Shown here piece by piece: positions 51,434 through 64,000 of a DNA stretch of 64,000 bases. Position 1 is the first letter of the stretch; every line of letters begins with the position of its first letter. The notes under the pieces are model-generated. The model saw only the letters and a list, made by a program, of their open reading frames with translations, was not told the origin of the DNA and did not search any database. A program made the translations under genes and the position numbers. The stretch comes from Octopus vulgaris (taxonomy: Eukaryota): NCBI GenBank assembly GCA_951406725.2, contig OX597826.1:64976001-65040000 (forward strand), written 5' to 3'.

Positions 51434-52439
51434 CATTTACACACATTCAAACACAAATTGTATCTGACTGTGAGAAAGAAACAAACTTGTAAAGACACAA
51501 CAAACTGAAAGTAACATCCAAGTATTTACCTTCTTCCTTATATCTGCTCAATGTGGTCCCATTTAATATTCTAAACAATAAAAAAATGTAACTGAAATTT
51601 ATTTACCTGTTTATGTCCACATGTAATACATATACTTACATCTTATTTAAAAGGAAGATTGTACTTTAGTACTGTGCATTTTCTAATCCTGTGTCTATTG
51701 TTTAAATTATTACCTTAAACTTAGACATTAGCAGACACTATTCTTATAGAAACTCAAAGGAAATATTCCAGTACATTAACATAAAATCAAAACCACCCAC
51801 TCATCAGCTACATTAAAAAATGTTGTGAAGAATAATTAGCATTCATTTGTCTGTCATATCATATGATGAACATTGAACATACCTATACATTCTCGCATAT
51901 AAATGTATGCAAAAACATGCATAGTCTAAAGAAAATTCTAGTCAAAAAAATTCATTGCATTTAAGAGTTTTGAAACATGTTTTTTTTTTTTATAATTTTA
52001 AAAATTGAATGTATTTTATACAGTTTACCTCCTAACTGTCATCTTCCCTCTGAAGGTCTTCATTTGTGGTCCAGTGAACATAAATGCTAAGCAATCTTGA
52101 TTAAAATGTTCTGAAATGGTCATTTGATAAAATGTTTGCTATTCACATTCTATCAGATATTACTTGCAGCCCTCCATCTTGAAATGATGTGCCTTATGTG
52201 AGCCCTGTATCCTTTATATTTACACTTTTACTCTAAATTCATTTATGTTCTCATCCACTGAATGTCAGAAAAAAAAATATAAATAAAGTTTTCAAAAAGA
52301 GAAAAATTTGTTGTTGTTGATTATTATCTTACCCATGAGACTAAGAAGTAAACCTGTTTCAAATAAAACTTGAGTACTGAAATGGATTCTATTATCAAAG
52401 AACTTCTTCATGCACCACATCTTAAAAATGTGTTGTAGT

Positions 52440-52790
52440 GAAAATGGCACACCCCTTCCCACATGATAAAGTCAGTAGGAGATCAGTAGTAGAGTTGTTG
52501 TATGAATTCTCAGTTGGAGTCAGTGCCAGTTACATGATATACACAAGTTCCAGCCAACACCAGCCTCTCTGTGCCCCCACTTCTGCCTTCCCTTCCAAAA
52601 AAAGGTGTATCCACCTCCTACTTCCTCAAGCTGACCATCACCTTATATACAAGTCTCTGAGAGTGCAGCTATATGAATGTTATAGTGGTTCAGCTTGTTA
52701 GCAACAAGTGCAGTGCGTCTTTCAGGCCTACAATCACTTTTTTTATCCAACAGAGTGCACACATTCCAACATGAAGTGTTTAAGTTTCAT
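52440..52790 (-). mobile_element. Degenerate RTE-clade LINE fragment (N-terminus of the AP endonuclease)
   Basis: Manual translation WNVCTLLD..RPERRTALVANKLNHYNIHIAALSETC..GQLEEVGGGYTFFWKG..REAGVG, with an internal stop. Confidence 0.75.
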
Positions 52791-53394
52791 CCAGATTTTG
52801 TAAATAAAAGTCTGTTTGTATTTCAAGCGCAGGATGGACATCCATCATTCGCACAAAGCTGACCAGATATAGAAAACCGGCAACTTTTGGTTCACCTTTT
52901 CTAGAACATCCCCAGCCTCCAGGTGAGCAGTGCCCTCTAAAATGGAGCTGCTCAGACACCCATGTGCATTTTTTTCCCTATATATATATATATATATATA
53001 TATCTTATTTTTAGTATATATTTATATAATTTTAGTATATTTTTATTTTATTTTTTATTCGGAAGTCCTGTGGTAAGGGGAAGGTGGTGAAGCATGCAGA
53101 CCTGACGGGTTGGAAGCATGTAGTCAGCGACTTGCACGTAGGTGGCCCATGCTAGATATAAAGACGTCTCCTTGTCACCCAAGACAGCAGTAGGATTCAG
53201 TTGCTGCATGGATATATATATATATATATATCATCATCATACATTTAAATGAGGGGTTTCCATACAGTTTCTCAATAGCAAATTTCACCCACAAAACATT
53301 AGCCAGCCCAGAAATATAGAAGATACTTGCTCAAGGTACCATGCAGTGCCTCAAGCAAGTATCATCAAATTTCAAGTTTATTCCCACTAGTGAA

Positions 53395-53577
53395 TTATCG
53401 TATGAGCTGCATTAGCTTACAGCTGTTTCTGCTATAAGCTGTAGTGGACACAAAGTTGTATGCCTGAGTATCACCTTATAGCATCATTGGAGCTTCAAAT
53501 ATGAAGGTGATACTCTGGCACTCAACTGAGTATAATATAGCTGAAACAGCTGTAAGCTAATGCAGTTCATAAGATAA
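53395..53577. repeat. Foldback with ~42-bp outer and 17-bp inner stems, containing a degenerate hammerhead
   Basis: ttatcgtatgagctgcattagcttacagctgtttc / gaaacagctgtaagctaatgcagttcataagataa. Confidence 0.8.
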
Positions 53578-53611
53578 GTGTTTATTCCTTTGACATTTCA
53601 ATTTCTGATAC

Positions 53612-53647
<36 letters not shown>

Positions 53648-53665
53648 CTATATATATATATATAT

Positions 53666-54033
53666 TCTTTTATTTGTTTGTCATTTGACTGCGGCCATGC
53701 TGGAGCACCACCTTTAGTTGAACAAATCGGCCCCAGGACTTATTCTTTGTAAGCCTGGTACTTATTCTATCGGTTTCTTTTGCTGAATCGCTAGGTTATG
53801 GGGATGTGAACACACCAACATTGGTAGTCAAGCAATGATGGGGGGGACAAACACAGACACATATATATACGACAGGCTTCTTTCAGTTTCTGTCTACCAA
53901 ATCCACTCACAAGGCTTTGGTCGGCCCGAGGCTATAGTTGAAGACACTTGCCCAAGGTGCCACACAGTAGGACTGAACCCGGAATCATGTGGTTGGTAAG
54001 CAAGCTACTTACCACACAGCCACTCCTGCACCT
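53666..54033 (-). mobile_element. tRNA-derived SINE family A
   Basis: homology to the other copies. Confidence 0.8.
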
Positions 54034-54228
54034 ATGTATATATATATATATTATGAAATCATAGTTGTGGCCGATGCCAGTGCCGTCTGGCTGGCACCCA
54101 TGCCAGTAGTACATAAAATGCACTGTTCATGGAGGCAGTAATGTCAAGTGGAGTGTGAGCGTGGTCATGGCCAATGCCAGTGTCACATAACTGGCCCATT
54201 ATAAACACCCTTCAATCGTTAGGTGATA

Positions 54229-55995
54229 TAATAATAATAATTGTGTACAGTGCTCGGGTGCACTACAACTCATCTAAAGTCTATATATAATCAGGTGTAG
54301 TTTCGGCAGATTTCGGAAAGCATGAGGGCTTTAAAGGATGCAGTGTCATGGCAGTCAACAACTGACGCAGGCAGTTTATTCCATGCTTCAGCAACTCTGA
54401 GCGTGAAAAAATGTTTCCGAAAGTCATGGGAGCTGTGTTGTTTTCTGACTTTGTAGGCATGTCCATGTGTGTTAGACACATGGAGATCAAAAAGGTGTTC
54501 AGTGTTGCTGTTGGTGAGGTGGTTGATAACTTTGTGGGTGTTTACCAAGTCCGTCGCCAGACGCCGGACCTTCAGTGAATCCATGCCCAGGGAAACAAGG
54601 CGCTCAGAATATGGTAGGTGTCTGATGGAGGGCATGCGTTTGGTTGCACGTCTCTGGACAGATTCCAGGAGGTCAATGTTCTGAGCAAGATAGGGGTTCC
54701 AAACTGATGCGAATTCCAAGTGTGGTCGTACCATAGCTGTATACAGTTTTAAATAGATGGCTGGAGAGCGGCTAACAAAAGTCTTGCTGAGTGATGCCAA
54801 GACACCCTCGTCCTTCTTGACAATTTTAGAGATATGCTTTGTCCAATGCAAATTACTACTGACAGTGATGCCTAGGTCACGCTCGCAAAAGGATTTCTTG
54901 ATATCAGTGTTGTGGAGGGAGTATGTGGACGCAGGGTTTTTTCTCCCAAAATGCATGGTGGTACACTTGTCCACAGCCAGTTTCAGTTGCCAGTCTGTGA
55001 TCCATTGCTGCATTGTGTCTAGGTCTGATTGCAGGAAAGAGTTGTAGACATCAGGATCTGTCCTCTTGATTTCAAGGTACAGCTTGATGTCGTCTGCATA
55101 TTTCAATACTGTAGCATTCTTTAAATTGGCATCTATGTCATTAATGTATGCCACAAACAAGAGGGGACCAAGGACAGATCCCTGTGGTACACCCGATGAC
55201 ATCTCATATGGTGTAGAATGCTGTCCTAGAACTGTGACTACCTCCTTTCGGCTGAGAATGAAGGATTTCAACCAGTTAAAAAGGTCATCCCTCACACCCA
55301 TTGCAGAGAATTTCACCATAAGTCTTTTGTGTGGCACAGAGTTGAAAGCCTTAGCAAAGTCAAGGTAGACAACATCCACCCATGAGCCACTGTCAGTGAT
55401 CTGAGTAATGTCCTCAAGGAACTCGACAAGCTGATCACTGCAGCTGGAGTTAGGGACAAATCCATATTGTGAGGGTCGGATGAGACTGTGAGAGCTCCAG
55501 AAGTTCCAGAGTGTTTCTCTGACACACGATTCCATCAGTTTTGCAATACAGCTAGTGAGACTGACTGGGCGATAATTGACAGGTGATGTGCGGTCGCCCT
55601 TTTTGAACAGAGGAATGACACTGGCAGTTTTCCACTGCTCCAGAGTAACACCATTGTTGAGACAGTACTGGAAGAAAATAGAAAGCTGGTGTAAAAGGAA
55701 GTACCTGCCACGTTTGAGAAGCAGGTATGTAACTCCATCGAGACCAGGGGAGGCATAGTTGCGCTTATTTTGAAGGTGACGTCGCAGCATTGCAGGTGTA
55801 AATTCCATAGTTGTTATGGAATTTGCTGTTAGTGATGGTGAAGGTGGTACATTTTGACTTTCAACAGTGAATATGTTTGCATAGCACTCGGCAATGAGTC
55901 CTGCGCATTCCTTGGGGTCGTCAGTGATCTGGTTTGTGTGAGGGTTGCGAAGAGGGCCCACTGGAGAGCGAGGTCTCTGCTTTGAATGCACATAT
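54229..55995 (-). mobile_element. 5'-truncated non-LTR retrotransposon (CR1/L2-type), RT and C-terminal frame open
   Basis: NYRPVSLTS, YLDFAKAF, GVPQGSVLGPLLF, YADD, ERDLG, VRPHLEF; stop at 54291; short 3' UTR and (TTA)n tail; no endonuclease domain. The first ~45 codons of the called ORF derive from flanking repeat. Confidence 0.92.
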
Positions 55996-56447
55996 TTGTG
56001 TGCTGTACTTGTGAAGACCTGTTGGACCGAGTGAAATTGTAGTTGTAGCCGATACCAGTGCAGTGTGACTGGCACCCCTGCCGGTGGCATGTAAAATGCT
56101 GTGCTGGTAGAACATAAAAAGCACCATTCGAGCATTGGGTCTCATGGAAGCAGTGACAGGTGACAAAGACCCTTGGCAATATACCGTGCCTGTATTGACC
56201 CATCAAGCCAAATGAGACCATAGTCATGGCTGATGCCAGTGTCAGGTTAATGGCACCTATGTCTCTGGTATGTAAAATGCACAGACTACACTTTTGGAGT
56301 TGTTGGTGTTAGAAAGGGCATCCAGCTGTGGGAGCCTTGCCAAATCAGATTGGAACCTAGTGCAGCCTCCCAGCTTACCAGTTTCCAGTCAAACCGGCCA
56401 ACCCATGCCAGAATAAAAAGCGGACGTTAAATGATGATGATGATATA

Positions 56448-57191
56448 CAAAGTGGCACATGAAAAAGTAGCCCAGATTCCATAGCATAGTGTAAATAGAG
56501 AAATTAATTTCCACAGATGAAAAAGCAAACAGCCTTCATTTGCAAGCGTCATTGCATTATTTCAACCACTTGTAAACTGCTGAACAAAGATGGTACACTA
56601 GTCATCTGTTGGCTACATTATTCCCACCACAGCAGTTAATTGTAAGATTGAATGGAGTAAACATCTCTAGCTTTTTCTGCAAAATGATGTACTCAATAGT
56701 GGAAAGAGTGGAGATTATGGAAGCATATGTGAGAACATGAAATTTTTGATTTCAAGTTTCTGGGTAAAAGCTTACCAGCGAAGAGAATGATACAAATGTT
56801 GGTTAAGTTGCACAACGCTCCAAAACAAAGAGATCCTACAGTTCGAATGCTGGAAGTTATTCAGGACATTTGCCAAAGGGTTGTTGAAAGTCCAAACGAG
56901 TCAACATGTAAATTGGCACAGCAGTCTCACATAAGCAAGAGGTCATGCCAACAAGTATTGAAAAGTCTAAAGCTGAAGCCATATCATTTCACATGTTCAC
57001 AGCAATTAAAAGTGAATGAGAAAACTAAACGAGTAAATTATTGCACATAGTTTCTGAATAGCAGTTATAAGTGGTCAAAGTAACACAATGACACTTGCAC
57101 ACAAAGGGCTGGTACTTTTTCATGTGTGAAATTTATTTCTATATTTACACTATGATATGAAACCTGGGCTACTTTCTCATGTGCTGCTTTG
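56448..57191 (+). mobile_element. Internally deleted Tc1/mariner-superfamily element
   Basis: about 75-80-bp imperfect TIRs (caaagtggcacatgaaaaagtagcccag / ctgggctactttctcatgtgctgctttg), TA on both flanks, HTH-like remnant SPNESTCKLAQQ..IS...LKLKPY. Confidence 0.8.
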
Positions 57192-57731
57192 TATATCGTC
57201 ATAGCACTCCGTCGGTTACGACAATGAGGGTCCCAGTTGATACGATCAACAGAACAGCCTGCTCATGAAATTAACATGCAAGTGGCTGAACACTCTACAG
57301 ACACATGTTACCCTTAATGTAGTTCTCGGGGAGATTCAGTGTGACGAGGCTGGTCCTTTGAAATACAGGTACAACAGAAACAGGAAGAAAGAGTGAGAGA
57401 AAGTTGTGGTGAAAGAGTACAGCAGGGTTCGCCACCACCCCTGCCGGAGCCTCATGGACCATAGGTGTTTTCGCTCAACAAACACTCTCAATGCCCAGTC
57501 TGGGAATCAAAACCGTGATCCTACGACCGCGAGTCCGCTGCCCTAACCACTGGGCCACTGCACCTCCACTTTGTATATAATTTAAAAAGAAAAGTAAAAA
57601 CAAATAGAATTCAGATAAAATGCACTACATTTTTAATATCGCTTTAAAATATTTAAGTGACTTTAAAATTATTCTCAAGAAAGTTTTAAAAAGACAGTTT
57701 CACCATGTCATCAAGAATATTTTTAGAATCA

Positions 57732-57766
<35 letters not shown>

Positions 57767-57794
57767 AAATATGCATTTGGAAAAATATATGTGT

Positions 57795-58337
57795 CTAACT
57801 CAAGTTGTCTACAATGTCACACATTATTTTGTCCAAACCATCACAAGGTTCAATGTCCATTGGTTTACTTTCAGATTTGTCCTTTGCCTGTAGTATTTCA
57901 CTTGAAGTCATAGCCTTGCATTCCATTGCATCTGCATCAGGCAGAGCTTGTAAAGACTTGAGAATTAGTTCTTTGACACCATCAAGATGTTTTTGAAATT
58001 TGTCAGCAATCTCTAATCGTTGGCGCTTTTGATATTCCATCATCATCCGAAGTGTTTCTCGTGCCTGGTGAGGACGGAATTCATTTATTAAATGGTGCAT
58101 GTGAATAAAAAGCAAGTTCATATCATCCAGTTTTTCTGTACGTTTCGGAGAATCTGGAGCCCGAATGAGAATGTCAAGTAAGTCTAAGAAGTTGATCAAA
58201 ATTGAATGATTTAATTTTTTCAGTTCTCGTTTGTGGTCGTAGTTCTGTGGGTAAAGACGTCGGAAACCTTGTGTTTCTAAGGGTCGAATAATCGCATCAT
58301 CTGCATTAAATGGCACTCCAAACATCATATAACTGTC
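57795..58337 (-). CDS. MED7: Mediator subunit 7, second coding exon (DSYMMFG...[18 protein letters not shown]...); 219 aa in total
   Basis: Signature [18 protein letters not shown] and [16 protein letters not shown]; phase 0 join to exon 1. Confidence 0.96.
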   Translation of the reverse strand, partial: DSYMMFGVPFNADDAIIRPLETQGFRRLYPQNYDHKRELKKLNHSILINFLDLLDILIRAPDSPKRTEKLDDMNLLFIHMHHLINEFRPHQARETLRMMMEYQKRQRLEIADKFQKHLDGVKELILKSLQALPDADAMECKAMTSSEILQAKDKSESKPMDIEPCDGLDKIMCDIVDNLS

Positions 58338-58762
58338 CTTTAAAAGAAACAAAAAAATATATAAAATTAGGTTGATGATAAATAAAATGTGATAAATTCA
58401 TTGAAAATAACAATAAAGAAAGGAAATGTCAATTCAGCCATTTTTCCATGTATGTGGTGGATGGAAACTTATCAAAGACAGTATCTCCTGCCCAGAAGCC
58501 CTTCTTGTCATTAACTTTTAACTATTTCCAAGTAAGGGCTTGTTCTTTTTTTTTTATTATTCCAGTTGCCATTGAAACTATAAAGAAACTGATTATAATG
58601 TTCAAGAAGGAATGTAAACATCACATCATGGTTTTGCTCACAGTGGTAAGTAAAACCATGGAACATCAACACTTATGCATGCAAACACACACACACACAC
58701 TTATAATGTTTGCAACAGAGTGGACTCTGCTAGAGATACCCAGTAACTTTGAATGAATATGA

Positions 58763-58797
<35 letters not shown>

Positions 58798-58799
<2 letters not shown>

Positions 58800-59162
58800 T
58801 GCAGGCATGGCTGTGTGGTTGAGAAGTTCACTTTGCAATCATATGGTTTGGGGTTCAGTCCCACTATGCAACACTTTGAGCAAATGTCTTCTACTATACC
58901 TCAAGCTGACCAATGCCTTGTGACTAAATTTAGCAGACAGAAACCGAGTGGAAACCTATCATATATATATGCCTCCTCCCCCTGCTGCTTGGCAATGAAT
59001 ATTGGTTTATGTTCCCATAACTTAGCAGTTCAGCAAAAGAAATATTGACAGAATAAGTACCAGGCTTAAAAAAATAAGAACTGGAGTCGATTTGTTTGAC
59101 TAAACCCTTCAAAGCAGAGCCCTAGCATAGCTGCAGTCCAATGACTGAATCAAGTAAAAGAT
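58798..59162 (+). mobile_element. Older family-A-related SINE in the MED7 intron (another at about 59438-59810)
   Basis: degenerate homology. Confidence 0.7.
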
Positions 59163-60174
59163 ATATTTCTTGGAGACATAATGGATAACTTAGACACACA
59201 GAGTTGATTAAAAGTGAAATTTTGCTTTTCTCTCTTTTAATTGAGACAACAGTTTAAAATTCAGAGAAAAGACCTTTATCATAAATCAGTTAAAGGTCTA
59301 AATAATTAACACTTCTGACGCCAACCCACCTGAAATCACCCCTAGTTCTATGAATTTTAACTTCATTTTTTAAAGTGATCTCTGTCACAATCTACCATCA
59401 AATACCAGCTTAATAATGACGAAGTATTTTACTAAATTGGCTGTGTAGTAAATTTACTTGCCAACCGCATAGTTCTTAGTTCAGTCCCACTGTGTGACAC
59501 ATTGGGCAAGTTCTACTATAGTCTCAGGCCAACCAAAGCCTTGAGTGAATCTAATAAATGGAAACTGAAAAAAGCCCATCATAAATAAATGTATATATCT
59601 ACACGTGTTTGTCTTTGTCCCTCATCACTATTTGGCAATTGGTGTTGGTGTATTTACATAGCCATAACTTAATTTGGCAAAAGAGACCAATAGAATAAGT
59701 ACTGGGCATAAAAAGAATAAAGCACTGCAGTTAATTTGTTTGACTATGCTCTTCAAGTGCCCCAGCAGAGCCACAGTCCAATGACTGAAACAAGCAAAAG
59801 ATAAAAGAAAAGATTGGTTTCAAAATTAATTGAAACAAAAGGAGTTTATTTTAATAGAAATATAATAACAAAAACACTTCTTTATTCAGGTTCTTTCACG
59901 TTTGCATATTTTGATTTTCATTGTAGTTTTCAGATCAAAGTTCAAATAACATATTAACAGGATGACTAGGGTAAATAATACTCAAGTCACCTGCTACTAC
60001 ATGAGAAAATAAACAGTAAAGTGAAAGCAATACGCTGAATGGACTCGCTACAGAAGTATGTTGTTTTTCATATTAGCTATTTAAATATCTCTAGAGACTG
60101 GTTTTAAATAAACAAGAATAAAAAAAAAAGATTTCTAAAAGACATCTAATGGAGAAAAGAAGATAAAATCTTAC

Positions 60175-60291
60175 TTGAATCGGTGGAGGTGGTTGTGGCA
60201 CTCTACCACGTTTGATGTGATCATCTGTGTACAAGCTGATGTATTGCATTGGAGGCAAAGGGAAAGAACTCACACCCTGTTGTTCAGACAT
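60175..60291 (-). CDS. MED7: Mediator subunit 7, first coding exon ([24 protein letters not shown]...PPPPIQ)
   Basis: MED7 N-terminal SxxPxPPxxYxxxYTD motif; |gtaaga donor; an acceptor 3 nt before the ATG implies an upstream non-coding exon. Confidence 0.93.
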
Positions 60292-60677
60292 TTCCTATAA
60301 AGTGAAATAAAATGTTTTTAAAATAATATATTGGAGCCTGTTGATTTAGCACAGAATCAATAATGTTGCATTTAGTCTTTTATCCATGAGTGTGTAAGCA
60401 TGCAGATGCAGTGCTTACGTTATTATTATAAACATCGTCGTTTTAGCGTCCATTTTTCCAAGACCACATGGGTTGATGGAACTCATTGAGGTAGATTCTC
60501 TACAGTCCAATGTCATCATTCATGTTGCCAAACACTGACATATTTCCAAGTAAAGTAATGTTTTCACAGAAGATTGTAAATGAAGAACACCTCTTGTACG
60601 ATGGCATTTTGAATTTTTTTTTTTTTTTTTGCAACTATTACTTAATGCAAACAGTGTGTTTGAGAAGCAAATTTTAA

Positions 60678-60899
60678 CCCTTTAGCATATAAAAAGGCTA
60701 TATCCAGCCAAAATAATCTCCCAGTATTATCTTCAAACTGGCCAGATCTGACTTATCACACTTACCCTACAATATTAGTCTAAGAGTAAACAATCACATC
60801 ATTGAAATTTTCAAAGTTACAAGGGTAATGTATGACCAATTCATATCAATGTGAACAAACAGCATTACATTTGACAGAGAAATCTGAATGTTAAAAGGG
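60678..60899. mobile_element. piggyBac-type MITE
   Basis: TTAA|CCCTTTAG ... AAAGGG|TTAA; homologous to the 35084 copy. Confidence 0.75.
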
Positions 60900-61489
60900 T
60901 TAAACTACGCAACCACACCTGCAAGCATCTCACACACACACACACAACACACATAATAAACTGGAAGAGTAATAAATACTAGAAGGTGATTAACAGAAGT
61001 TAAAATACAACTGACACCGCCATTAATGTTGGTGTAGAGTTTATGATGATATGTCACTCATATTTTGAATTCATCAACATCATCATCGTTTAACGTCCAC
61101 TTTCCATGATAGCATGGGTTGGACAGTTCGACTGGGGTCTGGGAAGCCAGAAGGCTGCACCAGGCCCAGTCTGATCTGGCAGTGTTTCTACAGCTGGATG
61201 CCCTTCCTAGCGCCAACCACTCCGCGAGTGTAGTGGGTGCTTTTTATGTGCTTTTTATCTACCCCTGTAGATCAAATAAAGGGTTAGGTTTGAAATTGTG
61301 AAACAATAACAACTAAATTCAATATAAGACACCTGAAGAAGACTGGAGAATGCAACAGCCAAAATGTAGTGAAAGTAAGGATGAAGATAAGGACACCAGT
61401 CCAACAGTATATATAAGTATAAACAGTATATATAAGACAGAACAATTGCTTTCTTGTCAAGAACATCATCACTAATTGAAAGACAGTTA

Positions 61490-62357
61490 GATCCATCTCA
61501 AGGTGCCTGTGAAATTATTGTTGTTGTTTGGTGTTAGCAAGCAAACAATATTGACTCACCTACTTCAAATCGATAAATTGAAAAAGTTGGATAAGTGGGT
61601 TCCATATGAACTCATTGAAAATCAGAAACAGCAACGTTTGAAAGCCTGCATTGTGCTACTTTCTCGTCACAAAAATGAATAATTTTTTATTCGAATTGTA
61701 ACATGTAATGAGAAATGGTTCCAATACAACAACCGTAAACGTTCAGCACAATGGGCTGGACAAAGACGAGCCACCAAAACACTGTCCAAAAAGCAAAATT
61801 CATCAAAAGAAGCTGATGGTGTGTGTTTGGTGGTCTGGCGCAGGTGTGATCCATTATGATTTTATTAAACCTGGCTCATCAATGACGACCGAAGTATACT
61901 GCAGCCAACTGGACCAAATGATGCAGAAACTTAGAAAGAAAAAAAAACAGCCTAGATTAGTCAACAGATCCACTACTATTTTACTGCAAGACAACGCCAG
62001 ACCACACATCGTAAAAAATGGCATTGGCGAAACTACAGGAGTTGGAAGTTCTCCATCATCCACCATACTCACCTGATCTTGCCCCCACTGACCACCACTT
62101 CTTCCAGAATTTGGATAATTTTTTGATAGGAAAAAAACTTAATTCTGATGATGCTGTAAAACAGGCCTTCCAAGATTTTATTGACTCTAGATTGCCAGGC
62201 TTTTACAGTTCCGGGCTGGACAAGCTACCGCTGATATGGCAAGAGTGTTTTGACAATATGGGTGCATACTTTGATGAATAAAACTATTCCTTGTATTTAT
62301 AAAAGATTAGCAAACTTTTTTTCCTTTTCTACAAATTTCATACTTGACGACCTAATA
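61490..62357 (+). mobile_element. Mariner (DD34D-type) transposase pseudogene with right TIR
   Basis: WVPYEL, IVTCNEKW, LLQDNARPH and YSPDLAPTD across frameshifts and a stop; right end aaatttcatacttgacgacctaa-ta. Confidence 0.9.
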
Positions 62358-62510
62358 TATATATATAAAGACAGAGGCACATTCGTATAGGTAAGCCATG
62401 TGTGTTCCATTAAACCCTTAAGGCGGAGACCCAGCATGGCTGCCGTCCAAAGTAAAAAATAAAATGGCATACGTCATGTCAAAATTAAGGAAGCGAACAC
62501 TAGAATGTTC

Positions 62511-62651
62511 TTTCGGTACTACTGAAATACAGAGGTCCCGACGCATCTACATAACCCTAACTAATAGTAAAACAACCCACTAACGAGTGCGCATTGTAAA
62601 AACATCGTTACGTAGATGCAGTGGGACCTCTGTATTTAAGTAGTGCCGAAA
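62511..62651. repeat. MITE-like inverted repeat (~45-bp arms)
   Basis: tttcggtactactgaaatacagaggtccc..gcatctac / gtagatgc..gggacctctgtatttaagtagtgccgaaa. Confidence 0.8.
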
Positions 62652-64000
62652 AGTATTCATTCATTCTAGATTGTGTACATTTTCTGTGTACCATGGAGAA
62701 TAGGCGACATTTCGTTGGAGATGAAAACAATTTGTTCATTCTATTGAAAGGGGTGATTGATTAACTAACATTTTGCATGAGTTTGAACAAGATTTGATAG
62801 AACAATCGATACGATATCAACATCACTTTACCATGTTTATAGATAATAAAATACCAAAATGATTACAGCTGAGTTTGAGAATGATGTAGTGAACCGGTAA
62901 GATAAGTTTTAAGAAGGAAATAAACCAATCCTTATAAGAATTACTCCCGAGTTTTATGAGATCTGATTAGAAGAATAAAAATAAGATTTGTTTTTATTTC
63001 ATTTGAGAAAATATTACAATAAAAGCCAGAAGAAAAAACAATCCAGAGAAGTAACACAATTTACAAAAGTAAGGAAATGATTTTGAAAAAAACACAGGAA
63101 ATCAGTCAATAAATTAAACAAAATAAAGAGGCATGCACAATTTTTCATTCTGGTTCCCCTTTAAACATTTTGTGTTTCAGATAACTTAAAAGTATATAAA
63201 TGTTAAGCGTAACTACAAGTTATGCTTGTTAACCGTCGATTCATTGTTCCTTTATAAATCTCAGATCATTTATGATATTGCATTATTTCTAGTCTCTCAT
63301 ACGATCAAGGCTTCTTGAATAAAAGCTCATGAAGTCGCTTAACATTTCCTGGATACGTTTAAACTGTATACGAAAAACATTTGTCATGCTGTAAATACCA
63401 GACATTTAAAAACCAGAAATTTACAGATTTTCATAAGTGGTGCATTTATAAACTGGTGCATTTACATTAATCCGTTTTTATCAATTTAAAAAAACAAAAT
63501 TACGAAGTTGCTTAAGTTTAATCAATCCAATTAAATTCAATTGTGACACAAGGAAAAAGTGAATAACAAAAAAACTTACTAAATCGATGCAGTATAGAGT
63601 TCTTTGAGAACTCAGCAATCACCAAATTAAACAAGAAATAATGTGGGTAATAATCTCATTAAATCGATACGAAATATTCAATTCAAAAATAATTTTAGAT
63701 CAAATAAAATCACCAGTTAAAGAAAAATAAACAACGATCGCAGATATTCAAGCAGGAACTAGAAAAAGAATGATGTCAGAACTAGCCGAGGAAAAGAAAA
63801 ATTTTAATCTAAATTCATGCTTTTTAACTATGGAATGGTTATATCTAAAATATTACTTAAATTAAACTCCGGAAAAATATTTCAAAATATTTCAAAAATA
63901 TTATTTTATCGTTTATATTTAATTTTTCTTTGTCGAATTTCGTCTTTATTTATACCATAGAAACAAAGCACCTGATTAACTGCGGTATACATTGCAAATA

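Noticed and set aside
51158-51508. Overlapping Y/I/C/V-rich ORFs
   Set aside because: Microsatellite translations

Overview
AT-rich, microsatellite- and SINE-dense animal genomic DNA. The repeat families and genes point to a cephalopod, most likely Octopus (inference). + strand, 2710-46943: the 3' part of a VEGFR/PVR-family (class V/III) receptor tyrosine kinase gene. I reconstructed it as 21 phase-compatible GT-AG coding exons (Ig domains 3-7, TM, split kinase, C-tail) plus a symmetric 30-nt microexon; the 5' exons lie upstream of the window. - strand, 57795-60291: MED7 in two coding exons. The rest is introns and intergenic DNA with several SINE families, a 5'-truncated CR1/L2-type LINE with an open RT frame, RTE remnants, Tc1/mariner and pogo-like elements, piggyBac MITEs and Helitrons. 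The most interesting unexplained signals are in the 14.6-kb intron splitting Ig domain 3: two 27-nt frame-preserving Cys-containing microexon candidates, a highly base-paired 283-nt stop-containing cassette bounded by splice sites, and a 72-bp near-perfect hairpin. Also notable are antisense Penelope-type hammerhead motifs and an activation-loop AAG-AAC (K-N) that A-to-I editing would convert to the canonical R-D. All were read by eye and none is confirmed by expression data.
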